Source of the DNA: a virus
IMG/VR virus record: IMGVR_UViG_3300027782_004428
Location: 26,000 to 89,999 of that record
Length of the DNA stretch: 64,000 nucleotides
Direction: 5' to 3' (one strand)
Shown here piece by piece: positions 35,749 to 44,055 of this stretch; positions within the stretch are counted from its first letter, which is position 1; the number at the start of each line of letters is the position of its first letter. The position numbers and the translations under genes were made by a program. Under the pieces are notes generated by a model, which worked only from the letters and a program-made list of their open reading frames with translations, made no database searches and had not been told where the DNA came from.

Positions 35749-36003
35749 ATGTTAGAACAAGACGAATTCTTACACGAGCGTATCAAAACGGTTATGCTGG
35801 ATGTTATGGCTGTGCTTTATGACAATGGTATCAAACATGTACACATGGGTGCCATGATGAGATTGTTGGGAGTTGACGATGTCAAGGCTTCTGAGCATGA
35901 CAACGAACTGATAGAACTGGACGAAAAGTTTGGCGCCATGTTATCTCAGTTAAATAAAAATGTAGCACCTGTAGAAGTTCCCAAAGACGCTACCTTCCAT
36001 TAA
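35749..36003 (+). CDS. Hypothetical protein
   Basis: ORF ending PKDATFH. Confidence 0.6.
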   Translation: MLEQDEFLHERIKTVMLDVMAVLYDNGIKHVHMGAMMRLLGVDDVKASEHDNELIELDEKFGAMLSQLNKNVAPVEVPKDATFH

Positions 36004-36251
36004 TGACCATATCTAATTATCGCGCAGTGGAGCCACTGTTTATTGTGTTCCTGCGCAACAGCAATCAGGCCGAACAACTGTTCCGAGCCTGGATCAAACA
36101 AAATCGAATTGAACACGCCAACGTCTCCAGCAACAGAATGATGTTGCATGACCAACGTGCGTTTGAACAATTTCGTGTGACTTGGACTCATGGCCTTGAA
36201 TCAGTCACAGTCTGGGACACCTGGTTAAAAAGACACATTTACTTTGACTAA
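36003..36251 (+). CDS. Hypothetical protein
   Basis: TAATG overlap. Confidence 0.6.
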   Translation: MTISNYRAVEPLFIVFLRNSNQAEQLFRAWIKQNRIEHANVSSNRMMLHDQRAFEQFRVTWTHGLESVTVWDTWLKRHIYFD

Positions 36252-36334
36252 CAAGAGTGCCAAAAACCTGGCATTTTATTGACAACCGCCTTGTATGACT
36301 GTATAATTACTATTGTCAACACAAGGAGAAACAA

Positions 36335-36520
36335 ATGACACAACACGAACAGATCGTAGCCGCTTATGAAAACTACTTGGCGGAGAATGCCAAGTTCACT
36401 GAAAAAGGTGTCAAAGCCGCTGCCGCCCGTGCTCGAAAAGCACTGCAAGAAATGAGCAAGGGCATCAAAGAGCGCCGCAAAGAAATCACTACAGAAAAAG
36501 AAGCATTGACTGTCAAGTAA
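36335..36520 (+). CDS. Histone H1-like (Hc1-type) protein
   Basis: KFTEKGVKAAAARARKALQE...RKE; promoter 36279-36307 and AAGGAG RBS. Confidence 0.8.
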   Translation: MTQHEQIVAAYENYLAENAKFTEKGVKAAAARARKALQEMSKGIKERRKEITTEKEALTVK

Positions 36521-36717
36521 TGCCAACAGTTACAGTCCAAGTAGTTGAAGACCCAGATAATCCAGGAGAGCTACTCTTGGATTTGGGTAACGAATTGTGT
36601 GCTGAAATTGGATGGAAAGTAGGCGACACAATAGAATGGATAGACCGAAAGGATGGCTCATGGCTATTACAATCAACCTCGCAGAAGAGCAAGAAAACAA
36701 CACAACAGACACAATAA
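36520..36717 (+). CDS. AbrB/MazE-like DNA-binding protein
   Basis: GELLLDL...IGWKVGDTIEW...DGSWLL. Confidence 0.7.
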   Translation: MPTVTVQVVEDPDNPGELLLDLGNELCAEIGWKVGDTIEWIDRKDGSWLLQSTSQKSKKTTQQTQ

Positions 36718-37238
36718 ATTTTTCCAGTGGATTGACAGTGGGCGGATTTTCAGATTACAACTATGGTGCAATTCCATCGTTGGCCACTGTTGATCTTTCC
36801 AAACTGACAACATCAAGTATCACAATATCAAATACTGCACCATCATACAGTATCAGCAACAGCGGCATCAGCAACCATCGTGCTAGTTTAGGACAGTCAA
36901 ATACAGTTTGGACCACATCGGGCACAGGCAGTATAAATTGGAACCAAAGCGCCGTGGGCGGAGTTTATCATAACCCAGCCATGGAAGTTAACCAAGGTGG
37001 ACAAGTCTCTCTTAAAGGCGACAACGCTGACATTGATATCAATGGCAAGAGCCTGGTCAAATGGATGCAGGTCATGGAGGAACGCATGAACTGGATGCAA
37101 CCCAACGTGGAACTGGAAAAAGAATGGGACGATTTGAAGAAGCTGGGAGACCGCTATCGCAAGTTGGAACAGAAGTGCCGAGAAAAAGCAGACATGTGGA
37201 AGAAACTTAAATCAATGCCCAAACCGGAGATCAGATGA
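36660..37238 (+). CDS. Hypothetical protein, Ser/Thr-rich N-terminus and coiled-coil C-terminus
   Basis: ADIDINGKSL...EKEWDDLKKLGDRY. Confidence 0.65.
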   Translation: MAITINLAEEQENNTTDTINFSSGLTVGGFSDYNYGAIPSLATVDLSKLTTSSITISNTAPSYSISNSGISNHRASLGQSNTVWTTSGTGSINWNQSAVGGVYHNPAMEVNQGGQVSLKGDNADIDINGKSLVKWMQVMEERMNWMQPNVELEKEWDDLKKLGDRYRKLEQKCREKADMWKKLKSMPKPEIR

Positions 37239-38017
37239 CCCCTAAGCAACGCATCCGACACATCACAAAGTGGATTCGACAATACGCAACAAAAAACAAG
37301 ATCTCTACGCTAGTTGTAGGTATCTCGGGCGGTATTGACAGCTCTGTGGTCAGCACACTTTGCGCAGAAACCGGACTCAAGACCATTGTGGTCCAGATGC
37401 CTATTCGTCAGAATCGCAAGCTGGACAACCGCAGTTCAATGCAGGCCGACTGGTTACTGGAACGCTACAAAAACGTCACTTATGTAAGCATGGATCTAAC
37501 CCCGGTGTTCACAGCATTTGAAAAGAAACTTGAGCCCATTTGTCGGGACAGCACGGATATAACTTTGGCATTTGCCAACTCACGTGCTAGACTACGCATG
37601 ATGACCCTGTATCAAATTGCTCAAAGTTACGGCGGCATTGTTGTGGGCACAGGCAACCGCGTGGAGGACTTTGGGGTGGGGTTTTTTACCAAATACGGTG
37701 ACGGTGGCGTGGATATTTCACCCATTGGCGACTGTATGAAAACTGCTGTTTGGGCCATGGGCCGCGAGTTTGGCTTGCCACAAGAGATCATTGATGCCGC
37801 ACCCACAGACGGACTCTGGGATGATGACCGCACTGACGAAGGACAACTGGGCATGACCTATCCTGAACTGGAGAAAGCCATGGACCAAGACACATACTCA
37901 GAACTTGAGCTGTATGCCACCGGTCCTGAAAAGAAAAATCTCAAGAAATATCGAGCAATTCGAGCTAGAAACCTGCACAAAATGGAACCAATTCCTGTGT
38001 GCCAAATCCCTGAGTAA
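37235..38017 (+). CDS. nadE: NH3-dependent NAD+ synthetase
   Basis: GISGGIDS, NSRARLRM, GTGNRVE, FFTKYGDGGVD, PTDGLW, TDEGQLG. Confidence 0.95.
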   Translation: MTPKQRIRHITKWIRQYATKNKISTLVVGISGGIDSSVVSTLCAETGLKTIVVQMPIRQNRKLDNRSSMQADWLLERYKNVTYVSMDLTPVFTAFEKKLEPICRDSTDITLAFANSRARLRMMTLYQIAQSYGGIVVGTGNRVEDFGVGFFTKYGDGGVDISPIGDCMKTAVWAMGREFGLPQEIIDAAPTDGLWDDDRTDEGQLGMTYPELEKAMDQDTYSELELYATGPEKKNLKKYRAIRARNLHKMEPIPVCQIPE

Positions 38018-38099
38018 ACTGCGCCGTTTACCTCAAAACGGCACCATTTCGTCCCGGTCTTTGCCCGGTTCTGCAACCAAGTGAGTAAGTAAAACTACC

Positions 38100-38687
38100 A
38101 TGAAAGCACAAGTAAACCACATCAGCGATCAAATCGCAATTTGGAGTTTGAGAGCGTTCCGAGTCGCAGGACTTTGGATCATTGCCCTTGCTGTGATCGC
38201 TGTATGCAATCACAAGTTAAACAATCTCCGCGCAGGTGTTGAATCAATGCCCGCCGGTTATGTGTCAGCCACAGAAAAAATTCGATCCTTGGATTGCTTG
38301 ACACGCAACATCTACTGGGAAGCCGCTTCAGAGCCTTTTGAAGGCAAAGTTGCAGTGGCCCAAGTCACAATGAACAGACTGGCATCGGGACGCTTTGGCG
38401 ACTCAGTTTGCGGTGTGATCTATCAGAAAAACGTATTCTACGAGCGAGTAATCTGTCAGTTTAGTTGGGTGTGCGAAAGCACACATAAAACTCGTCCGGT
38501 GCATCCGCCCTTGTGGGCAGAATCGGAATTGGTGGCTAAAAAGGTATTGTTAGAAAACTTTAGACTGCCCAGTTTAAAAGGCGCACTTTATTATCACGCC
38601 GACTACGTTAGCCCGGGTTGGCAAAAACCCAAAATTGACAAAATTGGTCGTCACATCTTTTACGGAGAGCGTAATAATGCCCTTTAA
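38100..38687 (+). CDS. Cell wall hydrolase (SleB/Hydrolase_2) with N-terminal TM
   Basis: CLTRNIYWEA..E...GKVAVAQVTMNR, CQFSW, YYHADYV.P.W, IGRHIFY. Confidence 0.9.
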   Translation: MKAQVNHISDQIAIWSLRAFRVAGLWIIALAVIAVCNHKLNNLRAGVESMPAGYVSATEKIRSLDCLTRNIYWEAASEPFEGKVAVAQVTMNRLASGRFGDSVCGVIYQKNVFYERVICQFSWVCESTHKTRPVHPPLWAESELVAKKVLLENFRLPSLKGALYYHADYVSPGWQKPKIDKIGRHIFYGERNNAL

Positions 38688-38991
38688 TTTTCCTGTTGCA
38701 ATTGTTGCTGTTCGTGATTATATTACCAACAGTCTGGCTCGACTTTCAGCAGATACACTGGGTTGGTTGGCTGCCATTGTGTTGCATTGTGCAACCTTGC
38801 CCAGTTTCCTGGCACTCATGACCGGGCTGAGTGACCGGACTCCGGGACTGGACATTATCCTGTTTCTCTGGAGTGGTTTGGTTCTGCTGTTTCTTCGTGC
38901 AGTGGTGCTTAGAGACATGCTGAATATTATCACCATTGGATTTGGGTTTATACTACAAGCCGGATTCATGGCCCTGATATTGTTTAAGTAA
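38677..38991 (+). CDS. 3-TM membrane protein (holin candidate)
   Basis: Three hydrophobic segments, directly after the hydrolase. Confidence 0.5.
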   Translation: MPFNFPVAIVAVRDYITNSLARLSADTLGWLAAIVLHCATLPSFLALMTGLSDRTPGLDIILFLWSGLVLLFLRAVVLRDMLNIITIGFGFILQAGFMALILFK

Positions 38992-39036
38992 AAAGTACTA
39001 CTTGACTACAAATCTTGAATATGCTATAATATAGAC

Positions 39037-39273
39037 ATGTTTAAGACTTCCACACACACTTACCGAACGCTCAAGCGAAACGATCCTAATTTCAGTTTCA
39101 GTCCCGATGGCATTACTCTAGTGCCACGTGCTTCAATTGCTGTAAGCAATCGATGTCCAGAAAACTATCGGAATCTTATTCAGGAGTGTATCAATCATGG
39201 TTGGCTCCTGCCTGTGGCTCACATGCGTGATGAAGAACTAACTTGGGAACTATTGAAATATGAAACTCTGTGA
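39037..39273 (+). CDS. Hypothetical protein
   Basis: Leaderless after promoter TTGACT(39002)-N17-TATAAT. Confidence 0.65.
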   Translation: MFKTSTHTYRTLKRNDPNFSFSPDGITLVPRASIAVSNRCPENYRNLIQECINHGWLLPVAHMRDEELTWELLKYETL

Positions 39274-39481
39274 TAATTGCGACGAGCGAGCCCTGTGCTG
39301 TGACCACTGTGCCTACTTCAACTTCAATGGAGATGCGAGCGGCGCTTACACCGGCAATGGGTTCTGCCGCTTGCACAAGCGAGCAGAAGATCCTGGCAGT
39401 CTCTGTGACGAGTATTTTTGTTTTGAACTTCTAGCAAAGGACGCACCTAATGAGCATGCATCTCGCACACCCAAGTCTTAG
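39260..39481 (+). CDS. Small Cys-rich metal-binding protein
   Basis: CDNC, CCDHC, FCRLH, LCDEY. Confidence 0.55.
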   Translation: MKLCDNCDERALCCDHCAYFNFNGDASGAYTGNGFCRLHKRAEDPGSLCDEYFCFELLAKDAPNEHASRTPKS

Positions 39482-39839
39482 TCTCAACGGTCGTAAAAAA
39501 GGCAAGGTCAAGTTCCGCAACGCAGACGAAGCCCGCAAGGCACGTGAGCTAGATGCTAGTTGGAAAGAACTGCTGAAAAATCAAGGAATCGAGCTAGAAG
39601 AAAAGCGCCGTAAACGTGCCCTGGCTGCTGAGCCCTTGGTATACAAACTAAGTATACCACCTGGCCGAAGTACTGCTCACTTGCCCAGCCGCAACACAGG
39701 CGGCAACGCCACCCTGGCCGCACCCAAGGTGTACACTGGTACCAAGGTCAAAGGTATTGCTACCATGCACAAGTCAAATGCTGTGCCTGTGTTTTCAGAT
39801 GAAGAAGCAATTGAAATTTCCCGGATGCGCCGTGGTTAA
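39450..39839 (+). CDS. Conserved T4-like phage protein
   Basis: YTGTKVKGIATMHKSNAVPV. Confidence 0.75.
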   Translation: MSMHLAHPSLSLNGRKKGKVKFRNADEARKARELDASWKELLKNQGIELEEKRRKRALAAEPLVYKLSIPPGRSTAHLPSRNTGGNATLAAPKVYTGTKVKGIATMHKSNAVPVFSDEEAIEISRMRRG

Positions 39840-39854
39840 TCTAAAAGGTAAATT

Positions 39855-40118
39855 ATGACAAGAGATGAAGTTAAATCAGTTATTTTAAAAATTGCCAAAG
39901 AAAAATATAATCTAGATATTGATAATTTTGCAGAAGATGCGCCTCTGGCAGAGTTGAAAGATATCAATCCCAAAGTAGACTCCATGGCAGTGATTGAATT
40001 GATTTTTGACGTTGAGGACGAGCTGGGCATCAAGGTAAACAACAATGACATGAGTCAACCTGCAAACCTGGCAGAAGTCATTGACAGTTTGACACAAGCA
40101 GTGAATACTAAAAAATGA
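39855..40118 (+). CDS. Acyl carrier protein
   Basis: Acidic, 87 aa; DSMAVIELIFDVEDELGI (phosphopantetheine Ser). Confidence 0.85.
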   Translation: MTRDEVKSVILKIAKEKYNLDIDNFAEDAPLAELKDINPKVDSMAVIELIFDVEDELGIKVNNNDMSQPANLAEVIDSLTQAVNTKK

Positions 40119-40870
40119 TGCTGTTCCAAGCAGACCCAGAACGGGTCAAGCAGGTAATGGTAACGCAGTTGATTGTGGCTGCCATGAGTGTGCCAGTACT
40201 TGTGCATTTTTGGCATTGGTGGTATGCTGTATACCTAATGGGATTTTATAGTTTCTTGTTGTTTGTCAGTCACCATGCAGGCTTGCACAGATACTTTTCG
40301 CATCGCAGTTACGCAGTAAATGAGTTTTGGCATGCGTTCCTTTGCTTGACCAGTTGTTTGGTCTGCTTTGGCTCGCCAGTGGGCTATGCAGTAATACACA
40401 GAGCACATCATGTACACACCGATACAGAACAGGATCCACACGCACCAAATCATATAGGTTTTTTCAATGTCATATTCTTTAATTGGAGTCTTCGGGATCT
40501 CACAATGTGGAGTGTGTTCAGAGAACTACGTGACCCTTGGTTAAAGTTCACACATGATTATTACACACTGATTATTATTATTTTTGCACTAGTTTTGTTT
40601 GCCATTGATCCTGTACTGCCCTTGTGTTACAGTGTAGGCGCTGTGGGTGCATTGTTTGCCATGGGCTTTGTTAATACTGTGGGCCATACTCAAGGGGCAA
40701 CTACCTATTGTAATCACCATGACGGTGGCAATAGTAGTAACAGTTATCTAGCAGTAGCAATTGGCGAATGGCACAACAACCATCATGCCCGTCCACAGCA
40801 ATGGAACCAACGTGAGCGATGGTGGGAAGTGGACTATGCGGCACAGTTTATTCGATTAATTAAAAAATGA
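40115..40870 (+). CDS. Membrane fatty acid desaturase
   Basis: HRYFSH, HRAHH, HNNHH boxes; DPHAP; WWEVD. Confidence 0.88.
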   Translation: MMLFQADPERVKQVMVTQLIVAAMSVPVLVHFWHWWYAVYLMGFYSFLLFVSHHAGLHRYFSHRSYAVNEFWHAFLCLTSCLVCFGSPVGYAVIHRAHHVHTDTEQDPHAPNHIGFFNVIFFNWSLRDLTMWSVFRELRDPWLKFTHDYYTLIIIIFALVLFAIDPVLPLCYSVGAVGALFAMGFVNTVGHTQGATTYCNHHDGGNSSNSYLAVAIGEWHNNHHARPQQWNQRERWWEVDYAAQFIRLIKK

Positions 40871-42009
40871 ACAGAGTTGTCATTACAGGCGTAGGTGCAA
40901 TTACTCCACTAGGCAATTCTTATACAGAAATTGTTGCGGCCATGTTTGCTGGCACAAGCGGCATTAAGTTTGGAGAGGTAGTTCAGGCCAATGTTGCCAA
41001 AGTAAAAATGGATATAGACAGTCAATTTGACCACTATGATCTAGCGGCAACTGATTTGTTTGGACGTGCGGCCTGGCTGGCATATCAACAGGCACGAACC
41101 GATGCTGATACTTCAGTAGACGGAATTTACATTGGAACAGGTGCAGGTGCTGCACACGAAGTCAGTCGAGCCATATTGGAATATAACGAACGAGGTCGTG
41201 CAAGACCCAACAGTCTTGTGGCATCAATGAGTAGTGGAGCGGCCAGTTTCATTGCCGCAAGGGATAATATTGCTGGTCCAGTGTTTACACATAGTGCGGC
41301 CTGCTCGTCAAGTAGCGTAAGTATTGGAGAAGCATACCGAGCCATCAAGTACGGCGAAGTGAATGTGATGGCCGCAGGTGGTAGCGAGTTTTGTATTAGC
41401 CCTGTGCTGGTTGCACAATGGCGTGCCATGCGAGCCATGGGCACACGGTGTAGTCCTTTTGGTGCAGACCGTGATGGTATCATACTAGGCGAAGGTAGCG
41501 TGGTTTATATCTTGGAACAACGTGAACGTGCAGTAGCTCGTGGTGCTCGAATATACGCAGAGATTGTGGGCTATGGAATCAGTTGTGGCAGTGAGACTGT
41601 TACCAAACCCAGTGAAGATTCTCAAGTGGCCGCAATGAAATCTGCAATTAAAGATATTGATCCGGAGCAAGTGACTTATATCAATGCACACGGAACAGGT
41701 ACTCCAGTTGGCGATCTAGTAGAATTAGGTAGCATACAACGAGTGTTTGGATCGGGTGTGCCCATCAGTTCAACAAAAGCCATACACGGGCATCTGTTGG
41801 GCAATTCGGGCGCCATGGAACTGATTGCATGTTTGGGAGTGCTTGCAAGTGATCAAGTTATTCCCAATTGGAATCTAACTGACCCAGATCCTGCAATACC
41901 CAACGGCACGTACTTGCCAATCAAAACAGTCGGCTATCCACAAGATGTGTGTTTGAATAATAGTTTTGCGTTTGGTGGCACCAATGTTGTGTTGGCTCTG
42001 GCAAAATGA
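40867..42009 (+). CDS. fabF: Beta-ketoacyl-ACP synthase (FabF/FabB type)
   Basis: RVVITGVG, AACSSS, NAHGTGT, KAIHGHLLG, NSFAFGGTN (Cys-His-His triad). Confidence 0.88.
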   Translation: MNRVVITGVGAITPLGNSYTEIVAAMFAGTSGIKFGEVVQANVAKVKMDIDSQFDHYDLAATDLFGRAAWLAYQQARTDADTSVDGIYIGTGAGAAHEVSRAILEYNERGRARPNSLVASMSSGAASFIAARDNIAGPVFTHSAACSSSSVSIGEAYRAIKYGEVNVMAAGGSEFCISPVLVAQWRAMRAMGTRCSPFGADRDGIILGEGSVVYILEQRERAVARGARIYAEIVGYGISCGSETVTKPSEDSQVAAMKSAIKDIDPEQVTYINAHGTGTPVGDLVELGSIQRVFGSGVPISSTKAIHGHLLGNSGAMELIACLGVLASDQVIPNWNLTDPDPAIPNGTYLPIKTVGYPQDVCLNNSFAFGGTNVVLALAK

Positions 42010-42266
42010 AAGACTTGTACTCCACTCCCGAAGCCAGACTGGACACCATACTGGGCGAGGTCTCTTTTTGGGCCAGGATGCAACGGTGCAGAACATCAGA
42101 GGAAGGCAAGAAGCATTGTCGCACAGGCGCAGACACAATCACATGGTTTAGAGACACTTGGGGTATACAACTGCTACCCTCGGATGATACCATATTTGGA
42201 TTCCTGCGTGAAGTCCGCATTGCGGATGAACAGAAGTATATGATATTTTTATTAAAGTGGGCATGA
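42006..42266 (+). CDS. Small alpha/beta paralog family member
   Basis: IADEQKYMIFLLKW. Confidence 0.55.
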   Translation: MKDLYSTPEARLDTILGEVSFWARMQRCRTSEEGKKHCRTGADTITWFRDTWGIQLLPSDDTIFGFLREVRIADEQKYMIFLLKWA

Positions 42267-42301
42267 TTAAAAAACGTTTATTAACTGATAGAGGAGCAGG
42301 T

Positions 42302-42718
42302 ATGCAATTGTCAAATGTGTTTGATCCCTTGACATGGGAAAAAGGAGAAATCGTTCGTTTACTTCGAGGTGTGCCAGGAACACAATATCAAGAAGCCGAC
42401 GATGCGGGCAAAGAACTGATGCGCGAGTGGATCCGAGGATTGTTACACACCAATGAGATCACTGTGACATTTACCAAGGCCGACGGCACTGATCGAGAAA
42501 TGCTTTGCACACTAAATGGTACCAAAATCCCTGCTCGACCTGTGGCACCAACCACAAGTACCGCTCCAGTGGATGGCATTGTGCGTGAGAGTAAGAAGCC
42601 CAAGAAAGCGCCAGACCCGCACAGTATCCGAGTCTACGATTTAGAAAAGCAAGAGTGGCGTAGTTTCCGTTTTGATAGGCTCAAAAAGGTCACAGCCACT
42701 TTGGATTTCAATAAGTAA
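42302..42718 (+). CDS. WYL_2 / SH3-like domain protein
   Basis: VTFTKADGTDREMLCTL...VYDLEKQEWRSFR. Confidence 0.8.
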   Translation: MQLSNVFDPLTWEKGEIVRLLRGVPGTQYQEADDAGKELMREWIRGLLHTNEITVTFTKADGTDREMLCTLNGTKIPARPVAPTTSTAPVDGIVRESKKPKKAPDPHSIRVYDLEKQEWRSFRFDRLKKVTATLDFNK

Positions 42719-42724
42719 TAGTCA

Positions 42725-42943
42725 ATGGCAAAAGAAGATATCATAAGCATGGAGGGCAAGGTCGAAGAAGTGCTACCAGGCGCTATGTTCCGAGTAAAAC
42801 TAGAAACTATCAACAACTTGGTACTAGCACACTTATCTGGGCGTATGCGCAAGAACAACATCAAAGTTCTATTGGGAGATCGGGTTGAAATGGAATTTTC
42901 ACCCTACGATCTCACCAAGGCACGTATTACTCGTCGCAAATAA
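42725..42943 (+). CDS. infA: Translation initiation factor IF-1
   Basis: [22 protein letters not shown]...[28 protein letters not shown]. Confidence 0.95.
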   Translation: MAKEDIISMEGKVEEVLPGAMFRVKLETINNLVLAHLSGRMRKNNIKVLLGDRVEMEFSPYDLTKARITRRK

Positions 42944-42950
42944 ATACATT

Positions 42951-43505
42951 ATGCATGTTAGTATAAGACAAGATATCAAATTATTAGAAGCTTCAACCCG
43001 ACCGGCCAAGCTGGAAACTACGCCTTTGCCTTACGGTGAAAAAGACCTTGAGCCAGTGCTGAGTAAAGAAAGTTTGGAATATCATTACGGACATTTGGCC
43101 AAAGGCTATGCCAAACGCTACAATGCAGGAGAAGGCAATGCGGATTTTAATCGTGCTGGCAGTTTCCTACACAATAAGTTTTTCCCTCAGCTTCGGGCTC
43201 CCAAGGGTGCAAATCGGCCACGTGGTGCTGTACTTGCACTCATAGAAGAAAAGTTTGGTACATATGAAGATTTTCGAGAAGCCTTTAAAGAAACTGCAAT
43301 GAAGATTCAAGGATCTGGTTGGGTTTACTTGAGTACTGGGGGAGATATCAAGACCATTGCCAATCATGCTGTTCGTACAGATATATGCGTACTAGTAGAT
43401 TGGTGGGAGCATGTTTGGGCCACTGATTATCAGTGGGACAAAGAACGTTACTTAGACAATATCTGGAAGATCATTGACTGGGACGTTTGCAACGAAAGAC
43501 TATAA
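42951..43505 (+). CDS. Fe/Mn superoxide dismutase with short N-terminal extension
   Basis: LPY...LEP, YHYG, LHNKFF, QGSGW, DWWEH; TAAATA-N4-ATG. Confidence 0.88.
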   Translation: MHVSIRQDIKLLEASTRPAKLETTPLPYGEKDLEPVLSKESLEYHYGHLAKGYAKRYNAGEGNADFNRAGSFLHNKFFPQLRAPKGANRPRGAVLALIEEKFGTYEDFREAFKETAMKIQGSGWVYLSTGGDIKTIANHAVRTDICVLVDWWEHVWATDYQWDKERYLDNIWKIIDWDVCNERL

Positions 43506-43825
43506 TGAAATTACAAACCGGTGCTGTGGAAAAATTGCGTGAGTTAGTTGCCGAAGAAGGCAACCCCAATCTCATGCTACGAGTATTTGTACAAGGCGGA
43601 GGCTGTTCAGGCATGAGTTATGGCTTCACGTTTGATGAAGTGCAAAACGAAGATGACTTTGACTTTGCCTACGAAGATGTCCGGGTGGTGATTGATTCAA
43701 TGAGCATGCAATATCTTCAAGATTCTTCCATTGACTACAAAGAAGATTCAATGGGCGCAAGTTTTGTAATCGACAACCCACAAGCACAAACCACATGCGG
43801 GTGTGGATCTAGTTTCTCAATTTAG
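43505..43825 (+). CDS. erpA: A-type Fe-S cluster carrier
   Basis: [29 protein letters not shown]. Confidence 0.92.
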   Translation: MKLQTGAVEKLRELVAEEGNPNLMLRVFVQGGGCSGMSYGFTFDEVQNEDDFDFAYEDVRVVIDSMSMQYLQDSSIDYKEDSMGASFVIDNPQAQTTCGCGSSFSI

Positions 43826-44054
43826 CACGATTTTTAGGATTCAGATACCACGCCTTGTATTGGCGTACTACTTCGCTGTTTTTAGCACGTTCAGGTACGG
43901 CACTATCTCCTCCTAGGATATAAAGGAAAAGTGGAACGTTGGGTATCATTTTATTATAATATTCCGCATTTTTACTGACCTGCACAAACAACATATCTTT
44001 TTGTGACTCATCGAGTGCGTGAAATTTTTGTGTTAGCTCTTCTATAGTAAACAT
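43809..44054 (-). CDS. Hypothetical protein
   Basis: AAGGAG RBS; follows the adhesin gene. Confidence 0.55.
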   Translation of the reverse strand: MFTIEELTQKFHALDESQKDMLFVQVSKNAEYYNKMIPNVPLFLYILGGDSAVPERAKNSEVVRQYKAWYLNPKNRAKLRN

Positions 44055-44055
44055 A

